A stretch of 63,910 nucleotides of DNA, filler included, from Squatina squatina (lineage: Eukaryota), in NCBI GenBank assembly GCA_031763465.1. It is 3 parts of 3 records of this genome, joined end to end, with 100 filler letters (N's around TTAATTAATTAA, not from the genome) between each part and the next. Parts side by side here need not be neighbours in the genome. Positions count along the whole stretch, not along the records: positions 24,785 to 51,781 come from JARFOE010000001.1; 2 more parts are not named here. One strand, written 5' to 3'. The notes beneath the pieces were generated by a model. The model did no database searches. It was not told where the DNA came from and was given only the letters and a program-made list of their open reading frames with translations. Below, piece after piece: positions 36,583-49,157 of this stretch. Numbering within the stretch: the stretch's first letter is position 1; every line of letters starts with the position of its first letter. The translations under genes and the position numbers were made by a program.

Positions 36583-38190
36583 AACCAGGCTGGCGATGGC
36601 TAATGGCTAAGCACCAAGCAGAAGACAGTTATTCAGATACAGATAGTGATGATTCATTGCTATCTTTAGATGTGGACAATAGATTTCCTTCAGGGAGACT
36701 GCCTGAGGCGGAGCAGATTGCCTTTGATCTAAGTAAATGTTGCCAGCTGCAACGAAGTCTAAAAGGTGCTTTATTTCAAGGTCATGTAAAATCATTACCC
36801 TCGGATTTTCAGGGCACGGCTGATTTCCAGTATCATCAAGCCATATCAAGTTTAGCAAACAATTATGCGAAGCTTCAGATACTGTTGGAACGCAGATCTT
36901 GTATTCTTCTTAATAAAGCATATGTCATAAGTGTAAGGGGAGCATCTAAATTTGTAAGAAAACTGACAGAATTGCTGATTCAAGAGCAAGAAATGGCCAA
37001 TAAAGTAAATCTGGGCATTGATCATTCAAGTGTCACATCTATCAAGAAACTTGGGCGTCTATGTGAAGAACTGAGATGCCATACAAGCCACTGGAAATGC
37101 CTTGGTGAAAAAATTAAGAATGATCCTTGGTTAAATTGTCAGCTGATAGACATGAAGGAAACCTTTAACTGTATGAAACAGGCTTTGACATTGTTGGGCA
37201 GATATGCTGTTTTGCTCATGGAGCAATATATTTCCACAGTACTTTGTACCTTAGCATATGCTGAACCTTATCGTGTGCCCTCAGAATCGCTTTGGGAATT
37301 TTTTCGTGGTCTGGAAATATTCAACAGCATTGTATCAGAATCGAATATACATCAATCATATCTTGAACTGAAGAACTGTGCTGAAATTAATGTAAATGAA
37401 TCTGATTTACTGTCTCAAAGGCTAAAAGTAAAATTGTGTAGAAAGAGTGGGAACTGGAAAATTGAACCATTCCTGATAGAAAGAGTGTTGAGGGCTTTAG
37501 CTAATGAAAGGGGAAGAATAGCAGCCCAATGTTTCTATGAAACCATCACAAGAAATAAAACATTTCTTTCAACTGTGAGTAATAATAACCTCACAGCTCT
37601 GAATTGGGAAAATATAAAAATATCTTTTCTTCAGAGCTTTACAGGCAGTCATATTTTTTGTGGTGAAGAAATAAAAACAAGCCTGTGTCAACCAAAATTA
37701 CGGGACAAACAAGAATTGGAACCTTGCAGCTGTAAGAACTCCATTCAAGAATTCTGCGTGGAAGATGAAGTGCTTGTGAACCATATTGTTGATGGTCTTG
37801 TTACATCCAACATGCTGTGGCAACATGTTCTAAACAGACCCAAGCCTGATAAGCCACAGGAAACAAAAGCAGAAGCCCTGCAATTGCAGCACACCATCTT
37901 CTCAGCAGAAAATAACCCTCAACAAGGTTTTGAAGCCAAACAAAATGATGAAATAAGTAGAAATCCTGTTTCCCCTATCCGGAGAAAATCTGTACACTGG
38001 CAGGACTTTTCGCACTGTGAAGGAAAAGTTATGCTGTTTTCTAAATACAAAACCATGATGTGGCAAGCCTTTGCAACTCACCTGAGTGAACGATTCTACT
38101 TCCAACCATGGCTTNNNNNNNNNNTGGACCAGTGCAAAGCCCAAATTACTGTACTACTTATCCAAGTACTGCATGAAGCATGTTACAAAG
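36583..38190 (+). CDS. CCDC142: CCDC142 large exon (over 530 codons; 5' end in gap; internal 10-N gap)
   Basis: Long stop-free frame. Motifs PFLIERVLRALANERG and KYKTMMWQAFATHL resemble recalled human PFPTSRVLRLLTGERG and QYWTLLWAACAQSL. Donor AAAG|GTAAGC. Confidence 0.85.
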
Positions 38191-40368
38191 GTAAGCTTGA
38201 TTACAGAATATTGCCTTCAGAATGTGTATTTCTGCCTGATACAGTGTGGTATATGTATCATCACCACTGTATTGTCTTGTGCTGCATAAATTTCCAGGAG
38301 ATCTGTGGTCCTCACTCTTGAAAATAAAGCTGTAGTATAATATTTTCAAAATGGTAATGTTTTATACTCCTGAATTACATGCTCCCTTTTTTTGTTCAAC
38401 CTTTTAGGCCAACAAAATTGCAGAACAGGCTCAATGGCGAAATGGCTTAGTACCCCTGTAAAATCATAAAATCAAACAACNNNNNNNNNNNNNNNNNNNN
38501 NNNNNNNNNNNNNNNNNNNNNNNNNNNNNNNNNNNNNNNNNNNNNNNNNNNNNNNNNNNNNNNNNNNNNNNNNNNNNNNNGTCCTTTCCAACTGCTGGAG
38601 GGGTCCTAATTACCGGTATTGTAAAATGCAATAGAGATCCTTTAATGTTATTGTGTTCAATGCGTGGGATGCTTTTGAATAAATATACAAACAATGGTAT
38701 TTACAAAGGGTGAACTGGCAGGTTTAGGTACTCGGTCTGCAGCTCTTTAATTTGGACTAATAAACTTTAGCGAACTGCCTTGAATTAATTGGCATTTTCA
38801 TAGAGTTTTTGCGGCTATGTAGTAACAGTTCTGAGACTCTTTCAAGATTTCTGTACTTGATGAATGGTGAGCAGAGGCTCCACCATTCCCTTCAGGAACA
38901 GGAAATCAGATGCAGTGCTTGCACACCATCAAGCAGTTGACTCAGGAGTGATACTGGGGGAGACCTGTTTACCATCTTAACTCGGGTTATGGTGCATGGC
39001 ATGGAGGGAAGGACACTTAAAGAATAGGATGAAATTGATTGGTGAAATTCAAATATGCAGAGTTCCCAGAAACACTGCATGATTTCACCATTGGGCGATA
39101 AAAGGATTTCATATGAAATATTTCAAGAAATCTTTCTCCTGTATAAGTCGTCCTTAAATGTTTGATTTTCTTTCTTTTCAGGGTTACTGCCAAGTGATTG
39201 TGAACCATTTGTAAAGGATCTTTGTCTCTGCATGTTGTCACGGATTGCTCTCATTCATTGGGATCAAGGTATCTAGATAAAAAGGACAAATCATCTATTA
39301 ACAAACTTTATCAGTAGAGGGCAGCAGTTCAACATCAGTTTAGTTGGAAGTCTGAAATGATGGTAGTTCAGTAAATCCTTGTTAAAACTGTGTTGGTTAT
39401 AACACAGTATTTTAAGGATTTGTTCTTAACCCAAGCTACAGACTTTGTGAAACCATAGCCTGATAGGTTTCACACATTAGTTAGTTGGAGCAGGAAAACC
39501 TACTATTCTTTTAACAATAGGAATAATAATTCAGAGCACTGTTGTTTACTGTGAAAAATAAGTCTTTTTAGAATCCTCATTTCCTTTTAAGTATTTCTTT
39601 TTTATTTGTTTTTGCACTTAACTAGGCCCCCACTGTGGAAGGAAATTTGAAGCATTTNNNNNNNNNNNNNNNNNNNNNNNNNNNNNNNNNNNNNNNNNNN
39701 NNNNNNNNNNNNNNNNNNNNNNNNNNNNNNNNNNNNNNNNNNNNNNNNNNNNNNNNNTTGACTGGCGGAGTGGGCTCGACGGGCCGAATGGCCTACTCCT
39801 GCTCCTACTTCTTATGGTCTTATTTGTTGGGCTGACCCACATAATTCCAGGGATGTTTGTGAACCACATGTGCCCCTGGGATATGTGGACCTTTGTACAG
39901 GCCTACGCCTGCAGGCCCAGGACTGCAAGAGTCCGAAGATATGGAGGCACCAGGTATGTGCGTACTTCTCTTGTGGATTGGAGGCATTTGCCCGTGGAAG
40001 CCTCCGACTGCAATTTCAGGTCCATTGTGTGTTGAAACCATTGATTTTGAGAAATAATACAAGATTTCCAAGATCCCATGAAATAATGTTTCATGAGACT
40101 TTCTGATTAACACAGAAGATTGCTTGTACTGTAGATTGTTTCCTGAACAAACCATACTTTCTACAAAGCTTAATTAAATAGACTGGCCATACTACAATGT
40201 GATTAACATACAATATTAATATACAGAGATTAAATTGTTGGGATATAATCTATAATAATGTTGATTGAACATTGGCTGCGGAAGGCAGAAACTTGAAAGC
40301 TTTGAATGGCTTTTTCTCATTACATGCTTATATCCTTAAAAAGTGACTTGTTGTGTTCCTTGTTGCAG

Positions 40369-40544
40369 GTGCCAGGACTGGAGTGGTTCGTAAGCTGGTC
40401 ATGCCATCCATCTTGGTGCGAACAATGAGTCATTGCATCACAACAATGCAGACTTCATCCCATTGGCTAATGACAAAAGGTTTCCAATTCCTTTCTTCTT
40501 GGTCCATGAATCAGTTTCTACTAGTAATTCAAGGGGATCTGAAA
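40369..40544 (+). CDS. CCDC142: CCDC142 internal exon (…WLMTKGFQFLSSWSMNQFLLVIQGDLK)
   Basis: Acceptor ttgttgcag|GT, 176 nt, donor AAA|GTGAGT. Resembles recalled human WFLGRAQQYLAAWDPASFLLLIQKDLP. Confidence 0.85.
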
Positions 40545-42974
40545 GTGAGTGCGGTTTTGATTCTAATGATAGCCAATTATTTTACTTTTTCTGATATACA
40601 GTCAGTTCTGTTGAAGCCATCTTATCCAGTCTTNNNNNNNNNNNNNNNNNNNNNNNNNNNNNNNNNNNNNNNNNNNNNNNNNNNNNNNNNNNNNNNNNNN
40701 NNNNNNNNNNNNNNNNNNNNNNNNNNNNNNNNNGAAGGCTGAACTGACTCCTATCAGGATTGATTTCCTGTCAAACTGATGCATTAATAAGGCCATCAGG
40801 GAAAGTGGGACAATGTGAACAACCAGATTAAACTATCGCTCAATTTACATTTATGAACTCAACTGGCACTCCCTGCTTAAAAATCAATTATTATTGGCAC
40901 GCATGGCATAAATTCTAAAACCTACTTTGATCTGCTTGTAACTGTGCTGTCCTACCTACTATTAAAAGTAGTCAATAATAATTAAGAATTCAGTGACCTT
41001 TTCACCCTTACACTTTATTTCAGCTATAATTATTAACTGTAGTTCCTGGGTGACCTTCAAACCAACAGGAGAAAAGCCATTAAAGCCAAGGATCCTATAC
41101 ATCAACACAGTTTAATTTGCTTCCTTTGCATTGTCAGACTGTAGTCTGTAGACATTATACCCCAGGTAAAACTAGCAGCATTATTATAAACAACAATATA
41201 TTTACTCTGAAAAAAAATTAATTCTTTAGAACAATTTTATTATTACAGTGTAACACTGATGGTGATGCAATTCCTATTTTGGATGAATGTTTGAATTAAT
41301 CAAGATGTCAGTACTGGGGAATCTTCCACAGTTGTGCACTCAGCATCAGATACTCCCAAACAAGTCGAGCATGACTGCTATGCAGAGTAGAACCATGTCC
41401 CAATAATACATCTCAGCTCCAAGGACCAAGAGCACGGCCCACGGCACAAAGGAAAATGTTACCACTNNNNNNNNNNNNNNNNNNNNNNNNNNNNNNNNNN
41501 NNNNNNNNNNNNNNNNNNNNNNNNNNNNNNNNNNNNNNNNNNNNNNNNNNNNNNNNNNNNNNNNNNCGGTATCGCCGCCTTCTGTGCTGTACCATTCTAT
41601 GATTTTATCATCTACAAATTGACAATCCTTTCCTCTGAGGCCCCACTCCTATTTAATTGGCTTGTAACCTCTATATTTATACATCCTAAAACTGTTCATC
41701 GTAGTTTATTTTTTAATGGAATATACTTATTCTGTCCTTTTGCAGTCTTTAAAAAAAAAAATCTCTCTGTTGCTCTGAAGTCCTGTGTCAATTTTTCTTT
41801 CTGCCTAACCTCATCGAGCTTGGTCCTCATCTTAAAATCTTTGGAATAAATGAGTAGTGAATTACAAGTTTCTTTTGCTTTCCAGCTCCAGCAGATAGAA
41901 TAATTCATGTTTTGGGAGTGAATGCTCAAAGTGTACAGATGATGCCATAAACTACAAGTGAAGCTTGAGCCCTTCACTGTCCTTCAACCACCTATTGCTA
42001 AAATTACAGCCTTGTACTTGGTAACAACCATCTGTGTTTCTTTTATGACTAGGCCTGTGACGGCTCAGCAATATTAGCAAATGTGACAGTGCTGCAGAAT
42101 AATTGTGCCACACATTTCGTATGATGAAATCAATGGGAATTATTTTGCAGTTATGAAAGTTTGGAGAAATATTAAATCCCATATAATAGACAAGACAACA
42201 ATAGACAAATTGAGGTGTTAAAATATTCATTTTGTCTCTCAAATTTATAATATTGAAAGATGTATCCAACACTGACCTAAAATCTGTTGAGACATGAATC
42301 AGCATGAGCAGCGTACTGTGCTTTGAAATGCCTCAGGGCACTGTTTTAATTGTTGTATTTGGCAGTATGGAGTGCCAGGTTCTGTTGCTGAATAAACACT
42401 AGAAACTCTGCTTCTGGTGCCATTTTGCATTGGGATGTCAGCATTCTGCTTTTGGAGCTAGGGAANNNNNNNNNNNNNNNNNNNNNNNNNNNNNNNNNNN
42501 NNNNNNNNNNNNNNNNNNNNNNNNNNNNNNNNNNNNNNNNNNNNNNNNNNNNNNNNNNNNNNNNNTACTCTGTTTTGACCCAAATTTACAGAAACTCCCA
42601 GGACAATATGTTGCTATATATATTGATCAGAGCGATTCTTTATCCCCCATTTATTACACTTCTGTCAAATATTTTTTGCTTTTTGCATTCTTAAGTACTG
42701 TCATTCTAATAATGTTTTGTTTACTTCACATCTTCTCCCCTGTTTAACACAGTTAATAATTTTTCATTAGATGAGTCAAACTAGTTGAAAAAATATTTTG
42801 ATAAGAGAACCAGTCATGCACAGTGGCACATAATGGGTTTTCATTATAACAGTCCTCTGTCTTAGATATATGTGAACCAGAATGACCCTTTTATACTTCC
42901 TCCAAGCAGACATATTTCTGCTACAAAATGAATATAGTACTTGTATTTGATTTGAACTCATTTGACACATTATG

Positions 42975-42977
<3 letters not shown>

Positions 42978-43007
<30 letters not shown>
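42978..43007. repeat. (AT)n microsatellite
   Basis: About 15 AT units. A shorter tract lies at 20368-20387. Confidence 0.9.
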
Positions 43008-43010
<3 letters not shown>

Positions 43011-43956
43011 ATATTTTTTTCCCCAGGGCTTTGTCTGTCACTAGCCTGTTGGTTTGTTATCTGATTTTTCATGATTGTGGAGTTTTGTTCTCATCAGGTG
43101 TTTATTACCCAAATTTTAGATTTTTCAGCTGATAAACAGAACATCTGGAATCCACTTGCCAGTTTGCAGGCCTCCTCTAATCACCACCCTATGATTTCGG
43201 ACTGTAGCCTGCCGAATCCTAGCTTTCCCTTGTGGCATAGTGGCTTTGTTTGCTCTTCTTGCTGGTATAGTTGCTGGCTTCAAGCCTACCACCTTGGGCC
43301 TCGTGTTCCCAACACTGTGGAGGCACTGTCGAAAGCCACTGTGCCCAGGCAGTGGTCCTGTTCCAAATCCAAAGCAGGTATTTACTCTGGGGGAGAGTGC
43401 GTGGGGACGTGGTGGCTGTGGGTCAAGGTCAGAGAGGTGGCGGCGGAATCCGAAGACATTCAAAGCCTGTCAAAAAGATTTGGATTTTATCATTGTCAAT
43501 TTCCTAGTAATGGTAGATTGTTCTGGGATTGATTGCCATCAGGAAATGGATTCTGGGCCCCACTTGAGCTGGATTACTTCACATACACCTGCATTAGGGT
43601 GTGCTGTCTGTAGCGTACAAGAAGAGGTGGAATTGGCAGAAATTTTAATGGCTAACAATATCCTGCCAGTGTCCTCTCATGGAAGAAAGGAGTCAAGACC
43701 CAACAGAATCTCGTTCACTCCCAAGTACTAGCCTCTCCGTCTGAGGACTGGCACTGTTTGCCCTCCCAGGGCCTGGACTTTCAGGACCATTATACTATAC
43801 AAATACAAATCTAGTAATACTGTACATGGGTTGAGGTTTGGTTGAATGTACGAATCNNNNNNNNNNNNNNNNNNNNNNNNNNNNNNNNNNNNNNNNNNNN
43901 NNNNNNNNNNNNNNNNNNNNNNNNNNNNNNNNNNNNNNNNNNNNNNNNNNNNNNNN

Positions 43957-44243
43957 AAGCAGTATCTGTGGAGAGAGTAAGATAGGTTTAACGCTTCAGA
44001 TCTATGGCCCTTCGTTGGGTTCTAACAAAGGGTCATATACAATATTCCCTTTCAAGCTACGTGGCCATGCAGCCCCTGCCCAGCCGGCGAGCCAGCTTTT
44101 AAATTGAAAAACTGTACATGCGTGGAATTTTGCATGACCCGCGCAGCCCATAAAAGGGGCCGCATGGGCCAAAAACAAATTAGAGAGAACATTGGTCATA
44201 GACCTGAAATGTTAACTCTACTTTCCTCTCTCCACAGATGCTG
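43957..44243. mobile_element. Palindromic Penelope-derived element interrupted by a MITE
   Basis: Arms cagtatctgtggagagag… and …ctctctccacagatgctg are inverted copies of the 18535-18600 sequence. Confidence 0.65.
44040..44194. mobile_element. hAT-type MITE (155 bp)
   Basis: TIR CAATATTCCCT…AGAGAACATTG. 8-bp TSD gtcatata / gtcataga. Same TIR family as 18849-18988. Confidence 0.75.
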
Positions 44244-44841
44244 TTTTTACTTGCCCCTCACAGATTTCTCTTTCAGGAAAGTAACCATTTTAAAAACCAT
44301 CAGTTCCCCAGCATTCCTTGATGAATATAATGCAGGGGGAGGAAAGTTTCTCTTGTCGGGATTTCTCTTTACACTATTACTGCTGTTTGATACTACATTT
44401 GGGTGACAGGGTTAAATTGGTCTGAAGTAAAGTAACTAGTGCTTTCTTTGGATAAAGGGAGGTGTTTTAATTCCACTTTGATTTTAAGCTTTGAGATCCC
44501 TTTTTTAAAATTTGTATTGGCTTATACAGTTGTTAGAAACTGTAGTTACACTCTTCCCTATTGAGATAACTTTGGTAACTTAATTCATTGCATTGTATTT
44601 GTTTCAAAAAATTAACTTGGCTGCAGATTTTCCAACTGAATGGGAATGGCACTGAAACAGGAAGGATTTTGAAATGCTTTCATCAGCTGGAGATTTGTTA
44701 TTAATATCAACTGTGCAATACTTTTGTGGGTTAACCTTGAATCTGTTTTTGATCCATCATAGGCTTGCTAGAACTGGTTTTGCTTGGCTTTTTGATTCTG
44801 TGACCTTACAACCCTACTAATAAATATTTTCTTTACTGTAG

Positions 44842-45107
44842 GCTCCTCTTCCACCAGGACGGTCGACTTCAGTCACAGGAGCTTGAACAGTCTTGACAGC
44901 TTGGATTTGCGGGCTGAAAGGACGAGAGCAATCTGTCAGACTGAAGCTTCCACAGGTTCTGATCTACTGACCAATACTGGGCCAACCGGGCACCCAGAGT
45001 CCTATTTGGCAGTAAATCAGCAAGAGTGGCTTGCACTGCGAGTGGACAGCAATAGACGCCGAAAAGTTCTCCGCTTGCCTTGTATGAACAAAACCCCAGA
45101 ACAATGA
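44842..45107 (+). CDS. CCDC142: CCDC142 terminal coding exon (SLNSLDSL…PESYLAVNQQEWLALR…PEQ*)
   Basis: Acceptor ctttactgtag|GC, stop TGA at 45105-45107. Resembles recalled human CLNSLESL…PEGYLVGNQQAWLALR. An AT-rich, 3'UTR-like sequence follows. Confidence 0.9.
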
Positions 45108-46053
45108 GCAGTCAGCACTATTTCAGTTTATAAGTCGGAAAAGTTGATCCATAGACATGCATTATAGCAAAGCACTTTAACGTATTTTGTTTTTTATTTT
45201 TCAGTTAAATGTATTACTGATTTGAAGGTCTTGAGCAACCTGACCTTGAAAAGGGGTTATGTTTCCTGTATGGTCAATAATTGGCCTAAATTCTAGGGAT
45301 AGTTTCGAGTTATATTGTAGCTCTGAAACATTAACACTTCAAGAACTGATGACCAACCTAAAAAAAAGAAGCTCCTTTGGTGAATGACAAAACTATAATA
45401 ATTGTTCATTTTTCTACCATGTGTGTTAGTGCTGATTTTATGTTATCTTGTATTTGAGGGAATTCAGTATGCTATTTTGAAAGCCAGCATTTTTTGGACT
45501 CGGAAGTGTGCTACATAATAATTTATCATATTTTTAAATACAAAGAACACTGAACTCTAATGGAACATCTTTACCAAAGATATAATCTTTGGGCGATTTA
45601 CACTGCCCCCAAAAAGTGTTTTTAATGTTGCAATTTAGACGATGCCTGGTATGATTGATTTCTTTGGATCAGGTAAAAGAAACTGCAAACAATACCTAAT
45701 GAGTGCCTGTCTTTAATTATTTTCCTAAAGAGGATTTTGTATTCAAATCACATATATTAAAAAATGTAAACACATATGGAGTAAAATATTCCTAAATTAA
45801 CTAGAATATATCATTTTATTTTAAAATTCAAATGTATATTATCTATACCAGTGTTTGTCAGTTGAAAGGATTGTGTTCAATTCAAATTTGTTGCCAACAT
45901 CCCTGTAGAAAGGTAGGATTAATTGTTGTGGCAAAGTGTGTCCCACTTATAGANNNNNNNNNNNNNNNNNNNNNNNNNNNNNNNNNNNNNNNNNNNNNNN
46001 NNNNNNNNNNNNNNNNNNNNNNNNNNNNNNNNNNNNNNNNNNNNNNNNNNNNN

Positions 46054-46205
46054 ATATATTCAAGAAGGAGATAGATAGATTTCTAGATACTAAAGGCATC
46101 AAGGGATATGGGGAGAAAGTGGGAATATGGAGTTGAGATAGAGGATCAGCCATGATCATATTGAATGGCAGAGCAGGACCGAATAGCCGACTCCTGCTCC
46201 TATTA
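46054..46205 (+). mobile_element. CR1/HER1-type LINE 3' tail
   Basis: IFKKEIDRFLDTKGIKGYGEK, followed by gatcagccatgatc…actcctgctcct. Confidence 0.8.
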
Positions 46206-46244
46206 TCTGTTTCTGTGACACATCAATATTGGGAGGAATATTCT

Positions 46245-46540
46245 ATTGTCAGAGATGTTGGAACAATTAGGCGTTGTCTGCCTGTTCAGTTGAATGCAAA
46301 AGTTCTCATGGCACCATTCTAGCGTCTGGCCACCATTTATTCCTCAACCAGCTCCACCAGAACTGATTAACTGGTCATTTATCTCATTACTGTTTGTCAG
46401 ACCTTGTTTGTGCAAATTGGCTGATGTTTGTCTACATAATATCACTAACTGTACCTTAAAATCATTTCATTGGCTGTGGAGCGCTTTGGGACCTCCTGAG
46501 GATATGAAAGATGCTGTTTTAATGCAAGTTCTTTCTTTGC
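46245..46540 (+). mobile_element. Deu-domain SINE fragment with L2-like tail
   Basis: ggtcatttatctcattactgtttg…aaattggctg…cattggctgtggagcgctttgggac. Confidence 0.65.
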
Positions 46541-47246
46541 CTATCCATTTGAAATAAACTGCTCTGGATGAATATCTTATTTCATCTTTCAGCTGCACTG
46601 AACCTTAATTAATGATATTTTCTTTGTGTAAGAGGTATATCATGAATTGAAAGGACATGGCTATGGGTCCATAATTTTTGTGCTAATGAGGGGAGCCAGC
46701 CACTTCTCCACTGGTATAGAGGTGGTGATGGGGGGACACTGGAAGAATCGGTTGCTGTACTTCCCAGTGGACAATTTTATTGATCTTCCCTCTGCATTCT
46801 TGACTGGGTCATACTGTATGGCATGAAGAGGGAAGAAAAATGTTAAATTCCTCCCCTCCCACTAACATCATGCACACACAAAAGAGTAGTGTAGATTCTT
46901 TCTTGAAATAATACATTTTTGCCAAGAGGATACTCTGCAATGGAATATTATTTGATTCAGATATATGGTAATTAAATTGGAATTTTTAAGTATGCACAAG
47001 TTCACTGTAAAGGAAGTGTTTAAGTTGAAGTGAATGGACTACTGTAGAAATGACTGTTTTATAACACATCAAACAAAGATAGAAACTATAGGAAATACTA
47101 ACTACTTCCACTGTCCTAGGGAGCCTGTTCAATAGATTGACCATTCNNNNNNNNNNNNNNNNNNNNNNNNNNNNNNNNNNNNNNNNNNNNNNNNNNNNNN
47201 NNNNNNNNNNNNNNNNNNNNNNNNNNNNNNNNNNNNNNNNNNNNNN

Positions 47247-47835
47247 CAATGCTTTTAACCTCGCCGGTCGACATGGCCTCAGTGACAGCCCATCCAATGA
47301 TCTCCAGCACTGTATCCTCCAGCTTCTGTGAGTTTCTGAAGCCTGGCTTCCCCTCCACCCGCCTGCTGCTGCTCCCAGTGGTTTTGCGCCACCTTGGCCT
47401 GCAGGAGAAAGGGAAGTGTGTCAGTGAGTGTGGTGCAATGTGTTTGTGTGATGTGCCTGTCATGGTCGACTAGCAGCCAGTGTGTGCAAGGTGTGAGATG
47501 TGAGTGTGAGACTTGCAACAGTGGTAAGTGTGTGAGAGTGAGGTGAAGCTATGATTGTGAGATATAAGTGAGGATAGCTAGAGATTGTCGGTAGGTGAGT
47601 GATGGCGATGTGGTGCATTGAGCAGTATGTGAGGCTTGTGGTGCAGATGGTGGGATATGGAATTTGAAGATGCCATTCCTCACCTTGGCCACTCGTATAA
47701 GGTCATTAAACTTCTTACAGCACTGGATCCAGGTCCTGGGGGCAACACACGTGGCACTGACACTTGTGCCACTTCCTCCCACTTCCATCTGACGTGCTAC
47801 CTGGAAGGCCTTCTGCCCCCCATGCGGCTCAAGGA
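47247..47835 (-). pseudogene. PIF/Harbinger-type Myb/SANT (NAIF1/MSANTD-like) gene relic with an intron
   Basis: Exon WEEVA…RTWIQCCKKFNDLIRVAK, donor AAG|GTGAGG at 47683, acceptor ctcctgcag| at 47399, then AKVAQN…GGGEARL…LEDTVLEIIG. Contains a stop and frameshifts. Confidence 0.7.
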
Positions 47836-47842
47836 CCCGCGT

Positions 47843-48086
47843 GGTGAAATTGCTCTGTTTGGGGGTGGTAACCTTCGTGAGGCTAGACATCCTGCGCCCA
47901 GCGCAGAAGTCTCACCCTGGCAGCGAAATTGGGGTTACCACCTCCGAGAGGAACTGGGGCGCAATGTCGAGCACTCCACTTGCTCTTGGAGGCGGCTAGG
48001 TGGTGCTAAGCGAGCGGAACTCAAAGCACTACGTGGCCTCTCCCCCGGAGGCGCTAACGGGAGGCACACAGCATGCCAATTTCACC
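47843..48086. mobile_element. GC-rich MITE with a 10-bp TIR (GGTGAAATTG / CAATTTCACC)
   Basis: Perfect 10-bp inverted termini and a CpG-rich interior. Abuts the Myb relic. Confidence 0.5.
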
Positions 48087-48724
48087 CCCCTGGTGTCTTC
48101 TCTGCACCTCCAGGACCAAGACCTCCAGTGTCACATCTGAGTACCTCCTTGTCTTCTCTCTTTCTCGTTGTGCCATGGCTTCAGAGTGACAATGAAGTGC
48201 TTCTCCAACAAANNNNNNNNNNNNNNNNNNNNNNNNNNNNNNNNNNNNNNNNNNNNNNNNNNNNNNNNNNNNNNNNNNNNNNNNNNNNNNNNNNNNNNNN
48301 NNNNNNNNNNNNGATGTGGGTATTGGATTGCGGCTAGTTTTAACAGCAAGTAATTTTAAACTGCCTATGTAATGTGCTGTTATATTTTTCTCAATCTTTT
48401 AGAAAAAATATTTTCTCTCCTATTTGAGGTCACTGCCATTGCTCAGCCAAGGTGAGGGGGAGGTGGGGTGGATAACTTAATGTACAGCGATTACTACTCT
48501 TGATCCAGATAGGTGACTGGAGTAATTATTTTGCCTTTCATTCAAGGCATTAAGTTGAGGGCTGTAAATCTGAGCCATGACTTGTTTGACAGTTACTATC
48601 GTGGATGTTTTCCTATTTATAATAAAGAAGTTACACGGAGCAGCGCTTCTACTGAGGTGCACAGTGAGGGGAAATAGCCTGCAAATGTCCCCTCCCGATG
48701 CCATGTTACAAGTAGATGGGTACT

Positions 48725-48985
48725 GTAGCTTTGGCATAATAGGACTAGACTAGCAACGCAAACTGAGACTTCAAATCCATGGCAAGTGATGAAATTTAAA
48801 CATCCTTTCAAAGATGCTGCATTGTTGTTTTAGAAAAAAGTCAACAAGTTCACTAATGTCCTTCAGGGTAGAGAACCTGCCACTCCTACCCAGTGATTCA
48901 GTAGCACACTGTATGATTGACTTAATTCCCTCAAGGCAACTTGGGATGGGCAATAAATGTGACCTTGCCAACCCAGGAACATCAA
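48725..48985 (+). mobile_element. tRNA-derived SINE, decayed (31093-31512 family)
   Basis: gttcactaatgtccttcaggg core and gggatgggcaataaatg tail. Confidence 0.6.
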
Positions 48986-49157
48986 GTTTGCAAATTATCT
49001 CTTGCCTACGTGATTTTTTTTCAGAATAAGATTCTCTGGACTGCAAAAGAGATGTAATTAAATTAACAAGTGCTTATTCATTGGTAGGTCGCTGTAGGAA
49101 AGTGATGTACCCTTGTGCTAGTGTGATGCTATAATTATTCATAGGACAGAAGGTAAC

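Noticed and set aside
43240-43420. RHCR motif as FAM53A, the human SLBP neighbour
   Set aside because: Only four residues match and the surrounding FAM53 motifs are absent.
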